64,000 nt of DNA, taken from assembly GCA_902530535.1 (NCBI GenBank), contig CACAAP010000003.1, positions 721 to 64,720 of the forward strand, in the 5' to 3' direction. The notes under the pieces are model-generated. The model searched no databases and was not told the DNA's origin. It saw nothing but the letters and a program-made list of their open reading frames with translations. Numbering within the stretch: the first letter of the stretch is position 1; every line of letters begins with the position of its first letter. Below are positions 31,160-42,700 of the stretch, one piece after another. The translations under genes were made by a program, and so were the position numbers. Source of the stretch: an uncultured Candidatus Poseidoniales archaeon (GTDB taxonomy: Archaea > Thermoplasmatota > Poseidoniia > Poseidoniales > Thalassarchaeaceae).

Positions 31160-31371
31160 TGTGTTTTTTTTACTGAAATATCAACAAATCATCTTTTCAT
31201 TGGATTTACATAAACAGGAAAAAAATAATGATAAAATTTACTTTATCCGAAAAAAACTTCCTAAACAGGTTATTTTATGAGTATTATTTTCCGGAATAGT
31301 GAAAAATTATCAAGATGAGCATTCTGAGAGATGTTTATATTTGATACAAGTCGTGATAGTCACTAAGTGAC
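31160..31371 (+). promoter_or_regulatory. AT-rich promoter region of the giant surface-protein genes
   Basis: Very AT-rich (13/60 GC at 31201-31260). TATA-like TTTATAT at 31334-31340 and palindrome GTCACT-A-AGTGAC at 31359-31371. Confidence 0.55.
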
Positions 31372-31375
31372 GCCT

Positions 31376-34300
31376 ATGAATGAAAATGCAACAAGATCAG
31401 TAAATCTGACACTGCTAATGATTGTCTCGGTTTGCCTACCGATGCTAGGGGCCCTAGATGCCCCAGCAGAGCTCGACAGAGCCGGTGAGCGAAGCGAGAC
31501 CCTCGCCAACTGCCAGGGGAACGACGCCTGCAGGGGTGTGGATGCCGGTAACTCGGCTGATACCTACATCAACCTGACAGACGACTTCTCGTGGACCGGT
31601 GAGGAGACGATAACATATTACGGAGACGAATACAACGCCACTGGCTATTCGTCATCCAGTGCCAACAACTATGACGGCTACATTATCGATCTGCCCGTTG
31701 GGTACGGTTTCACGGCAGAAGTCGTATGGAACCACACAGGTGCCTCCTTCTGGCACAACTACGCCTTCATGCTGGCATTGGGCCCAGGTGACGGGTGCAT
31801 GGTGAACTACTTCGCCTGTGACTGGGGATACAACTACTACTCCCTCACAGGAAACCTGGTGATGGGTACCGATGGAGAGAAGGAAGGCGGCAACTACGGC
31901 GGATGGTACGGCGCAGACCCGCCCATTGACCTAGTTGGCGACTCCGCAGTCGTCATGGTATGGTGCTACTACTGCTTCCAGTCCGGAGTATCCATGGACT
32001 ACACCCTGAACATCACGGTGTGGACCGGTGACGGCGGACAGAAGGGAGACGTAACATCCCCACAGTACAACGTACTTCTGGACATGCCAGACGAGCCATC
32101 CTCATGGAGCTACCAGTCAGACACGTTTGACCTCAGCTCCGGAGAATCGGCAGACCTCGTCGTGACCTACTGCGACGTATGGTGCAACCCCGAGACGTCG
32201 ATAGTGATCACCAAGCCAGACTCGACCACGGATACATTCTACCTCCAGGACTACTTCACTGGGTGGCTAGCCACCTACTCCGATGCCGGAGAATACACCG
32301 TCGAGAAGATCGACACATACGGTGACGGCGGCATGGGGCTCACAATAGGGGTCTCCCTAGGTAACTTCAGCAGTCTGCTATCGGTAGACGATTTCGTGTA
32401 CGATGATATGGCGTCCGGACACGTAGACTCAACCGACACATCAGACATCTACGCTGTCTGGCTACCGGAGAACTACAAGGCCAACATCACCCTTCACTGG
32501 GACAACAGCGCAGATCTAGACCTGCAGCTTTACTCAGACTACGACGCAGCTACCGAGACCCTATCGGGGATGTTCGACTACTCGTGGTTCGACCAGCCCG
32601 AGTTCATCGACATCGGACAGCTGGGAGACGAGACAATGTTCTTCGCAGAGGTCATCCACTACAGCGGACCATCCTCGGGATACATCTTGGAATACCAGAC
32701 GGAGCCAGGCGCACCGCCACCATGCTTCTTCCAGGACGACGGTAAGGCACCCGGCGACGGGGTCTTCACCGGAAACGGGGAAGACGCGACCGAGGGCGCA
32801 TACGCCCCTGACGACACACCGACCGACGTCACCGGATTGGTGGACGCAGACGGAAACGGCGTGTTCCAGGGCATGATGTGCGCTGGATACGACGAGGCAG
32901 ACTGGTACCAGATCAGCGTCGCAGCAGGCGACGGAGTCTGGGCCATGCTGGAGTGGCCAGAGGGCATCGACTCAAACTTCAACGACACCATAGAGATCGA
33001 GGGGGACATCTCCTTCGGAATGTACATGGTGACCTCGTCGGGCTACACGTCCTTCGTGAGCTCCTCCTACGGGTTCCACCCGCAGACAGTGGCCACCAAC
33101 GAGTCCTACTCATGGACGAACGACCTAGGAGTGGACTCCACAGTGTACCTGAGGCTTCTGCTCAACGAGATGAACGAGGACTACGAGAGCAACTACACAG
33201 TCACCTTCTCGACCTACAACGCTACCGAGGAGCCCTGGCAGATGGCCTGCCAGGACGACGCCGGGCAAGCACCGATCGGAGGATGCCTCGACGCAGGCGA
33301 CAGCTACAACGAGCCAGTGAACCTGACAACGGTAAACCAGACATTCGAGGGATGGGGCCACGACAGCATGGATGCCTACGACTTCTACAAGGTCTACCTG
33401 CCCAACAACTACGCCTTCGAGGTCTGCGTGGAGTTCCCAGAGCAGAACGACATCGACCTAGGCCTGTTCTACCTGCACCCCACATACGGGTACTTCTACT
33501 CGATCGGGAACTCGTACAACGACAACCCAGAATGCGTTTGGGCACAGTACGACGACGCCGGACAGGACATCTACATGAGGGTCTGGACGGACCGCGGGTC
33601 CGGTGACTACGAGGTCACAATCACCCTGGCCACGCCCGGCCTCGAACCAGGCGGCAACCAGGACGACTGCGGAATGGCCGGATCAGTACCAGGCGGAGAC
33701 GCCGCTGACCTGGTCTACCCTGGCGCATGGAGCGGACACACCTTCACCAACGAGAGCACCCAGGCGGATCTTAACCCGCTCGACGAGAACGGGTCACTCA
33801 GGGAATACTGGGAAGGAGGCGTCTGCACAGGCTGGATCTCATACACATGGGACTCCTACGACATGTACAGCATCTCGGTCCCAGAGGGACACTACGTGAA
33901 CGTCGAGTACGACTTCGACCTAGAGGGAGAGGGCGACCCATCGACCTACCACCGCGTCTACATGCTGATGTGCCAGAACCAGCACATGCCATGCCAGTAC
34001 CCCGCCAATGGGGCATTCTTCATCGAGCAGGACTACGGATACGGCATGGACGTCATTGAGCAGAACTCCGGACTATGGCCGGTAGGCACCCTGCACAACG
34101 CCTCGGGCTGCGACACCGCATACCCGAACCCCGTGTGCGCGGCAAACGGATGGGACGCTAGCAACGCTGTGTCCGACACGGCCGGTTGGGTCTACATCTA
34201 CATCTGGACCTGCTGCAGCAGCGCCCCCGACCACGAGTACGAGATGAACATCACCTTCGCCCCGCTTTCGGAGCTCGAGGGAGGATCTCAGAACGACGCC

Positions 34301-36721
34301 AACTCCGGAATGGACGCAGGCCCAGGACCATCCACAGCGATACACGTCAACGACTACGTGAACGCCACGAACAACACGCTATCGTGGAACGGATGGAACA
34401 AGGCAGGCCTAGACTCCACTGACAGGTTCACGTTCGACGTGCCTGCTAACCACGGGGTCAACATCGACCTGAGCCACGGCTACGACGTCCCCGACGTCTG
34501 GATGATCCTGGACATCTTCGACTCGTCCTGGAACCAGATAGGAATGTCGGCATATGGGTCCGGAGGCCAGACCTTCAACACCACCACGGTCGCTTCGCCG
34601 GCCGACTCATGGATGGGCATCGGAGTGAGGAACTGGGGCAGCTACGACACCACGGGGACCAACTACACGGTCAACGTGACATTCTACACCCTCGACGCGG
34701 ACGGCGACGGCTGGCTAGACCAGCTGGAGATCGACTGCGGCACGGATCCGAACGACGCCAACAGCACCCCAACCGACACCGACGGTGACGGAGTGTGCGA
34801 CTCGCTAGACGATGACATCGACGGAGACGGAATAGGCAACGACCTCGACGAGATGCCTCTCGACGAGAACGGGTCCTCCGATCTGGACGGAGACGGAATA
34901 TCCGACGAGGTAGACCCAGACATCGATGGCGACGGATGGTCCAACATCGCAGAGCAGATCTGCCTAGGCGCAACGAGCATGGCGCACATGGACGCCAACG
35001 TCACGCCAGGAGACTACGATGGCGACGACCTGTGCGACATCACGGCGGACTCCGACCTGGAGCACAGCTCCGCCAGCACATACCTGGACTCCGACGGTGA
35101 CAACGACGGCACGGACGACGAGACGGACGACTTCGACTTCGACGAGTGCGCCGACACCGACACCGACAGGGACGGGTTGCCCGACTCCATCGACACGGGA
35201 CTGCTGGACGCATCTAACAACACCATCTGCCTGCCAGAGACCCCAACGAACCTCACAGAGGACACGGACGACGACGGCGATGGCTTCGAGGACCTGTACG
35301 AGATCGACTGCGGAAGCAATCCGCTGCTCGCAATGGAGATGCCAACCGACAACGACGGCGACGACGAGTGCGACGCACTGGACGTTGACGACGACAACGA
35401 CGGCGTCAACGACACCGACGACCTGTGGCCGCTGGACTACACAGAGTGGTCCGACAACGACGGCGACGGACAGGGCGACAACAGGGACATGGACGACGAC
35501 AACGACGGATGGTGGGACTCCTGCGACCAGAGCGCATGGATGGCCGCCCAGAACTCGAGCCTGAACACGCCCTCTCACGTGGAGGGAGTCAACTACTTCT
35601 CAGGACAGCCTGCTGGAATAGCCAGCAACTGCCCGGACAACACGGACGCCTTCCCACTGGACGGCGCCGAGTGGATAGACACCGACGGCGACGGAGTCGG
35701 CAACAACGCTGACATAGACGACGACGGACAGATCTCCGGAAGCGCCGAGGCCCCAGGAAACAACGACTGGACCGACGCCGAGGAGGCTGCCTGCGGAACC
35801 GACCCACTGGACCACACGAGCGTCCCAGCGGACAACGACGGCGACTACATCTGCGATGCGGTCGACACGGACGACGACAACGACGGCGTGCCAGACGAGC
35901 TGGACGCGTTCCCGACTGACGAGACCGAGGCCGCTGACGCGGACGGCGACGGACAGGGCGACGCAACGGACGAAGACGACGACGATGACGGATGGACCGA
36001 CGTCGACGAGGCATCCTGCCTGACGGACCCAATGGACACCATGGACGTCCCAGCGGACAACGATGGGGACGGCGAGTGCGACCTGACCGACGGCGACGAC
36101 GACAACGACGGAGTGATCGACCTGGACGACGCGTTCCCGAACAACCCGATGGAGAGGGAAGACACCGACGGAGACGGAATCGGCGACAACACCGACAACG
36201 ACGACGACGGAGACGGATGGCTGGACGCCCAGGAGGTCGCTTGCGCCAACGCAGGCGGCTCGGGCGACAAGGACTCGGCCGCTGAGGAGCCCGTCGACCT
36301 AGACGGCGACGGACTCTGCGACGCAGTCGACCCAGACGACGACAACGACGGCTTCCCGGACCCAGCGTGCGTGAACACAGGCATCGGAACGCCATCCCAA
36401 CTCGCGTACGTCGAGTGCGCCGATGGCGACGAGGACAGATTCCCACGAGACAGCACGGAGTGGTTCGACGCCAACGAGGACGAGCAGGGAGACAACGCAA
36501 ACCCAGTCACCCTGATCGACAACGTGATGTTCGATCCCGCCCCATACGCGGGTATCGCAGTGGCAATCGGTGCCGCTGGATACGGCCTGCTACAGCTGAA
36601 CAGAAACGCTGGACAGGGAACAGAGGACGAGGCCGAGGACTACACTGAGGAGTTCGAGGACTTCGACTTCGAGGAGGACGACGAGCCATCTGACGACGAG
36701 GAAGATGGAGAGGAGGACTGA
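31376..36721 (+). CDS. Cell-surface protein: Cys-rich PPC-like domains, TSP3-like repeats, C-terminal TM
   Basis: Paralog of 27467-31135: NDACRGVDAG, QNDANSGMDAG, DLDLQLY, and shared FYTLDADGDG junction. Signal peptide, TM and acidic tail. Confidence 0.88.
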   Translation: MNENATRSVNLTLLMIVSVCLPMLGALDAPAELDRAGERSETLANCQGNDACRGVDAGNSADTYINLTDDFSWTGEETITYYGDEYNATGYSSSSANNYDGYIIDLPVGYGFTAEVVWNHTGASFWHNYAFMLALGPGDGCMVNYFACDWGYNYYSLTGNLVMGTDGEKEGGNYGGWYGADPPIDLVGDSAVVMVWCYYCFQSGVSMDYTLNITVWTGDGGQKGDVTSPQYNVLLDMPDEPSSWSYQSDTFDLSSGESADLVVTYCDVWCNPETSIVITKPDSTTDTFYLQDYFTGWLATYSDAGEYTVEKIDTYGDGGMGLTIGVSLGNFSSLLSVDDFVYDDMASGHVDSTDTSDIYAVWLPENYKANITLHWDNSADLDLQLYSDYDAATETLSGMFDYSWFDQPEFIDIGQLGDETMFFAEVIHYSGPSSGYILEYQTEPGAPPPCFFQDDGKAPGDGVFTGNGEDATEGAYAPDDTPTDVTGLVDADGNGVFQGMMCAGYDEADWYQISVAAGDGVWAMLEWPEGIDSNFNDTIEIEGDISFGMYMVTSSGYTSFVSSSYGFHPQTVATNESYSWTNDLGVDSTVYLRLLLNEMNEDYESNYTVTFSTYNATEEPWQMACQDDAGQAPIGGCLDAGDSYNEPVNLTTVNQTFEGWGHDSMDAYDFYKVYLPNNYAFEVCVEFPEQNDIDLGLFYLHPTYGYFYSIGNSYNDNPECVWAQYDDAGQDIYMRVWTDRGSGDYEVTITLATPGLEPGGNQDDCGMAGSVPGGDAADLVYPGAWSGHTFTNESTQADLNPLDENGSLREYWEGGVCTGWISYTWDSYDMYSISVPEGHYVNVEYDFDLEGEGDPSTYHRVYMLMCQNQHMPCQYPANGAFFIEQDYGYGMDVIEQNSGLWPVGTLHNASGCDTAYPNPVCAANGWDASNAVSDTAGWVYIYIWTCCSSAPDHEYEMNITFAPLSELEGGSQNDANSGMDAGPGPSTAIHVNDYVNATNNTLSWNGWNKAGLDSTDRFTFDVPANHGVNIDLSHGYDVPDVWMILDIFDSSWNQIGMSAYGSGGQTFNTTTVASPADSWMGIGVRNWGSYDTTGTNYTVNVTFYTLDADGDGWLDQLEIDCGTDPNDANSTPTDTDGDGVCDSLDDDIDGDGIGNDLDEMPLDENGSSDLDGDGISDEVDPDIDGDGWSNIAEQICLGATSMAHMDANVTPGDYDGDDLCDITADSDLEHSSASTYLDSDGDNDGTDDETDDFDFDECADTDTDRDGLPDSIDTGLLDASNNTICLPETPTNLTEDTDDDGDGFEDLYEIDCGSNPLLAMEMPTDNDGDDECDALDVDDDNDGVNDTDDLWPLDYTEWSDNDGDGQGDNRDMDDDNDGWWDSCDQSAWMAAQNSSLNTPSHVEGVNYFSGQPAGIASNCPDNTDAFPLDGAEWIDTDGDGVGNNADIDDDGQISGSAEAPGNNDWTDAEEAACGTDPLDHTSVPADNDGDYICDAVDTDDDNDGVPDELDAFPTDETEAADADGDGQGDATDEDDDDDGWTDVDEASCLTDPMDTMDVPADNDGDGECDLTDGDDDNDGVIDLDDAFPNNPMEREDTDGDGIGDNTDNDDDGDGWLDAQEVACANAGGSGDKDSAAEEPVDLDGDGLCDAVDPDDDNDGFPDPACVNTGIGTPSQLAYVECADGDEDRFPRDSTEWFDANEDEQGDNANPVTLIDNVMFDPAPYAGIAVAIGAAGYGLLQLNRNAGQGTEDEAEDYTEEFEDFDFEEDDEPSDDEEDGEED

Positions 36722-36725
36722 TAAT

Positions 36726-39700
36726 ATGGAAAAAGCAACACAGACAGCAAGAACGCTGCTTATGGTGGCTGTGATGGTAGCGGCAGCTATCGTCCCAATG
36801 GCCCCAGAGGCAGTAGAACTACGAGATGAAGCCAGGGCAATGGGGGCGTCGATTTCGACCGACGTCACCAGCCTAACCCTAGACGAGGGCGGTTCGAATT
36901 GGTACGAGGTGTCGCTAGACGAGGCACCTGATGGCACACTGGTCATCACGCCCTCTTCCGACAACTCGGTAGTCACCGTTGATCCATCGTACATCAAGTT
37001 CACGAAGGTCAACTGGGACATGCCCCAGTACATCTGGGTCGACATAACCGACACGGATGACGACGGCGCGGACACCACGGCTACTATCAGCCACAGCATC
37101 AGCGGATCCGACACAGTGTTCGCCTCCGCGACCATCGGCGACGTCTCAGTCACGGGTACCGACTACGACATCGACACGGACGGCGACGGCCTGCACGACG
37201 GCCTGGACACCGACGATGACGGCGACGGCATCGGCGACGGCAACGACGCATTCCCCCTGGACTCATCCGAGGACACCGACACCGACGGCGACGGAACGGG
37301 CGACAACGCCGACACCGACGACGACGGCGACGGCACCGCGGACTCCGACGACTGGGCACCCCTTGACGACTCGGAGGACACCGACACCGACGGCGACGGC
37401 ACCGGCGACAACGCCGACATCGACGACGACGGCGACGGCGTGAACGACTCCGACGAGGACGACGGCTGCGACCTGCTCGTAGACTGCGACGGCGACGGCG
37501 TGAACGACGACACGGACGCCTTCGACTCCGACGCCAACGAGTCAGCAGACGCTGACGGCGACGGCGTGGGTGACAACGCAGACGACTTCGACTCCGACGC
37601 GACCGAGGACACAGACACCGACGGCGACGGCGTGGGCGACAACGGGGACGCTTTCCCCGACGACTCCACCGAGACTACCGACTCCGACGGCGACGGCGTG
37701 GGAGACAACGGGGACGCTTTCCCCAACGACGCCTCCGAGACTACCGACACCGACGGCGACGGCGTGGGCGACAACTCCGACTGGAACGCCACAGACTCCA
37801 CCGAGTCCAACGACAACGACGGCGACGGCGTGGGCGACAACGCGGACACCGATGACGACGACGACGGCGTCCTGGACGTGGACGAAGACTCCAACGCGAC
37901 CCTCGACTGCAGCATCCTATCGGACTGCGACGGCGACGGGGTTGGCGACGCTACAGACGCATTCGACGTGGACCCAGAGGCATGGGACGACCTGGATGGA
38001 GACGGCCTTGCCGACACCTTCCCGAACCTGCTCGTGAACAGCTACGAGACGATCCAGCTTTGCGGACCAGAGGGCGGCACCGAGTTCTACGACGCGACTG
38101 CATACTCTGACGGCCCAACGGGCGACTACCTCGCAGTTTCGAGCTCCGACGACGACTCAAACGGAAACAACTACGAAGACACGGAGTGCACTTTCACTGT
38201 ACCATCGGGCTACACGGCCGATGTCTACCTTCAGACTGCCAGCTACGGAAGCGAGGCTAGGGTCACAGTGGACGGCACAACCTACTCGGGCTTTTCTACA
38301 GGCTCCGACAATGACGTAGTTTCCCTATCTGCAGGGACATACACCCTGTACTACGAGGACTCATACGGCGACGGATGCAACCCGAGCTCCTACTACGGGG
38401 CTTGCTTCGTGCAGGTCAGCTACGAGAACCTAGTCGGTCAGGTAGTGCCATCCACGAGCGGATTCGGCACAGACCTCGACAACGACGACGATGGCGATGG
38501 CTTCTCCGACGCAGACGAGGACACCTGCGGAACGGACTCCATGAATTCCACCGACGCCCCCACGGACACGGACTCGGATGGCCTCTGCGATGCAGGGGTC
38601 GATGACGACGATGACGACGACGGCGTGCTGGACTCCGACGAGGAGACCGGCTGCGACCTGCTGACGGACTGCGACGGAGACGGCGTGGGCGATGCAACGG
38701 ACACGCATGACAACGACGCTACAGAGACCTCCGACATGGACGGCGACGGCATCGGCGACAACTCCGACGACGACAGGGACGGCGACGGATACCTGAACTC
38801 CAACGACGAGTTCCCAGACGACGACTCGGAGTGGACTGACAACGACGGCGACGGGACGGGCGACAACGCCGACACCGACGACGACACCTGCCCAGAGGCC
38901 GACGGCACCGACGATGACGGCGACGGGACAGCCGACCACACCTGCGGCACCTTCACTGGGCTCGGATCCACTATGGGATACGACTTCTACCCAGGCGACG
39001 GCGTTGCGGACGTCGACGACGCTTTCCCCATGACTCCCGCAGAGTCCGCCGACAACGACGGCGACGGCTGGGGCGACAACGCGGACGCTGACGACGACAA
39101 CGACGGAATCAGCGACGCACAGGACGACGACATGGACGGCGACGGCTTCACCAACGACGACGAGGACACTAACTGCGTCGGCGATGGCGGAGACTCGACC
39201 AGCGCAGGCACCACCCCGGACGACATGGACGGCGACGGCACCTGCGACTACCTGGACGACGACACAGACGGCGACGGCACCGACGACACGTCAGACGCCT
39301 TCCCAGAGGACGCGTGCGCAGACACCGACACCGACGGGGACGGAGACCCAGACACGCTAGTGTCCGGCTGCTCCACCACACTGACGGAGGACGGCAACGA
39401 CGACTACGATCCAAGTGCCGCTCCTACTCCCACTTCTGTCTGCTCGATAGGATCAGGAAGCTTCGCTTCCGACAGCTGCACCTTCACGGTAGCCGCTGGC
39501 GACGAGCTAACAATCGAGATGACCACCACCAGCTGGGCTAGCGAGGCAGGACTGACTCTGCTCGAGCCAGGAGAGACGGCAGCCACCAACCTAGAGCTGC
39601 TAACGACATCCGGTTCCTTCAGCAACTACGGCAGCTACTCCTGGACCTACACTGATGCCGGTGAGTACACACTCACCATCACGGACAGCTATGGCGATGG

Positions 39701-42700
39701 CGGACAGTCAGCAAGCGCGGAGACGGTCGGAGCAACCCCCATATGGACTGACTCTGATGAGGCGACCTGTGGCACAGACCCACTAGATTCCACGGACGAG
39801 CCAACGGACACCGATGGCGATGGACTTTGCGACGACGCCCAGGACGACGACAACGACGGCGACGGCTTCTCCAACGCAGACGAGACGACCAACTGCGGCG
39901 AGGGCAACGACGCCCTGGACAGCACGGACTCCCCAACGGACACCGATGCCGATGGATCGTGCGACGCCCTCGACACCGATGACGACGGCGACGGAGTGGA
40001 TGACGCCAACGACGCCTGCCCTCTAGACGACGGCGAGTCAGTCGACACAGACGGGGACACCGTCTGCGACGGCGACGACACCGACGACGACGGCGACGGC
40101 ACGGCCGATGCAAGCGACGCATTCCCACTGGACTCGACTGAGGACACCGACACTGACAGCGACGGAATAGGCGACAACGCGGACACCGACGACGACAACG
40201 ACACAGTCGCTGACGCCAACGACGCATTCCCACTTGACGCCACCGAGACCACCGACACCGACGGCGACGGAACCGGCGACAACGCCGACACCGACGACGA
40301 CGGCGACGGCGTGGACGACGCAAGCGACGCATGCCCGCTCGATGGAGACGAGTCCGTCGACACCGACGGAGACGGCGTCTGCAACGGCGACGACACCGAC
40401 GACGACGGAGACGGCGTGGACGACGCGGACGAGGCAGATGGATCTGGCCTCGCTACCGCTACGGACTGCACACTAGTCACCGACTGCGACGGGGACGGAG
40501 TGGACGACGCGGACGAGGCAGATGGATCCGCACTGGACCTGGACGGCGATGGGACGGCTGACGGCATCGACTGCGCTGTCGACACCGACTGCGACGACGA
40601 CGGCACTGCCGACGACACCGACGCATTCCCTGTGGACGCTTCAGAGGCACTAGACACCGACGGCGACGGTACCGGCGACAACGCCGACACCGACGACGAC
40701 GGCGACGGCTACTCGGACGCTGACGAGACGACCAACTGCGGCGATGGCACCACCACGACCGCTTACTCGTCCTCCAGCGACCCGCTAAACGCATCCGACA
40801 CGCCCGACGACATGGACGGCGACGGGATCTGCGACTACACGGACACCGACAGGGACGGCGACGGACTGGCCAACGGCTGGGACGCATGCCCCGATGACGG
40901 ATCAGGATACACCGACACCGACGGCGACGGAGCCTGCGACGAGTCCGATACTGACGACGACGACGACGGCACCCTCGACGTGAATGACGCATTCCCGCTC
41001 GACGCTTCAGAGGACACCGACACCGACGGAGACGGCGTGGGGGACAACTCCGACGCTGACGACGACGGCGACGGCACTGACGACCAGGGCGACGAGTGCC
41101 CGCTCGACTCGAGCGGGATCACCGACAACGACGGCGACGGAGCCTGCGACGAGTCAGATACGGACGACGACGACGACACGGTCCTGGATGCCGACGAGGA
41201 TTCCGGCTGCGAGTTCGTGACGGACTGCGACGGAGACGGCGTGGGCGACGAGGTCGATGCGTTCGACACCGACGCCGAGGCGACGACCGACACAGACGGC
41301 GACGGCATGCCAGACTCTATCACCGGAGCAACACTGACCTCTGAGACATACACCCTAGAGGCTTGGGACGCAGCAGGATACACTGTCGTGTACGCCGAGG
41401 AGATCAACGGAGGCACGCTGTGCGTCATCGACTCCTCGCTCTTCGAGGACACATGCACATTCTCGACCTCGGTCGGAGTGAACGTCTACGCGGACAACAC
41501 GCAGTACTCCAGCTACCTGGCTGGAGACGGCGGAGCGATCCTGACGACCTCGGACGGAACCGAGCTAGTAAACGAGTCACTCGTGTACCAGTGGTACTAC
41601 GACAGCTACTTCGGAGTATACGACCTGTACTCGGACTCCGCGGTGACGACCACCGACGGTCTGGAGCTAGACGCGGACGACGACGGAGACGGATACGGGG
41701 ACGCAGCAGAGGACACCGACTGCTCAACAGGCGACTCCACCGACAGCAGCGTCACACCAGACGACAACGACGCTGACGGCATCTGCGACGATCTGGATGA
41801 CGACGACGACAACGACGGCTACAGCGACTCTCACGAGTCGGCCTGCGGCACTGACTCATTGACGGCGGACGACGTCTCAGACTTCGACGGCGACGGCACC
41901 TGCGACAGCGAGGACGCCGACGACGACGGAGACGGAACCGACGACGGCGACGACTGGGCTCCCTTCGACGGAAGCGAGTGGCTCGACACGGACAACGACG
42001 GAACCGGCGACAACGCCGATGACGACGCTGACGGCGACGGCACACCAGACTCCGACGACGTGGACGAGACCGACAGGTGCTCCAGCACGGACACCGATGG
42101 CGACGGGATGACCGACTCGTACGACGACTGCTCGGACATGGGCTTCTACTCCACGCTCGACGCTGATGCCGGTGACAACGCCGGCGAGGGCTTCGACGAC
42201 GGGGACCACGTAGGAATCACCGACGACACCACACTGTTCGGAGGCGCAGCCGCCGGCAACCAGTGGTTCCAGGTGGCTGACACAGACGGCGTGTTCAGGA
42301 TGTACTTCGACCACGCCACAGGCGTGTCCGCGGTATCTGCCTGGATAGCCCTAGCGAGCACCGACTACGAGGACGAGGACTACTACGCGTCCTACTGGGT
42401 CGGCGACGACGGCACCACCACAAAGATCGGCGACTCCCGCGACAGCTGGGGCAACATCGACAACTGCTGGTGCGAGGGATTCTGGGGCCAATGGGTCGTG
42501 GAAGTTCCCTCTGAGGACGGATACCTGATGCTCGAGGCCAGCAACGACGACGACGCCGAGCACTGGGGACTTGACAACGTGGCATACCACGACAACAACT
42601 GGGACGTAATATCGATGGTCACCTTCGAGGACTCGGTAGGGGACATGGGAGTCTACACGACCCCATCCACTCCGGCGCTCCTCGCGGGCACATACACCGT

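Noticed and set aside
31160-31366. AT-rich stretch as a replication origin
   Set aside because: No ORB-like repeats recognised and no adjacent orc1/cdc6. A promoter region is the simpler explanation.
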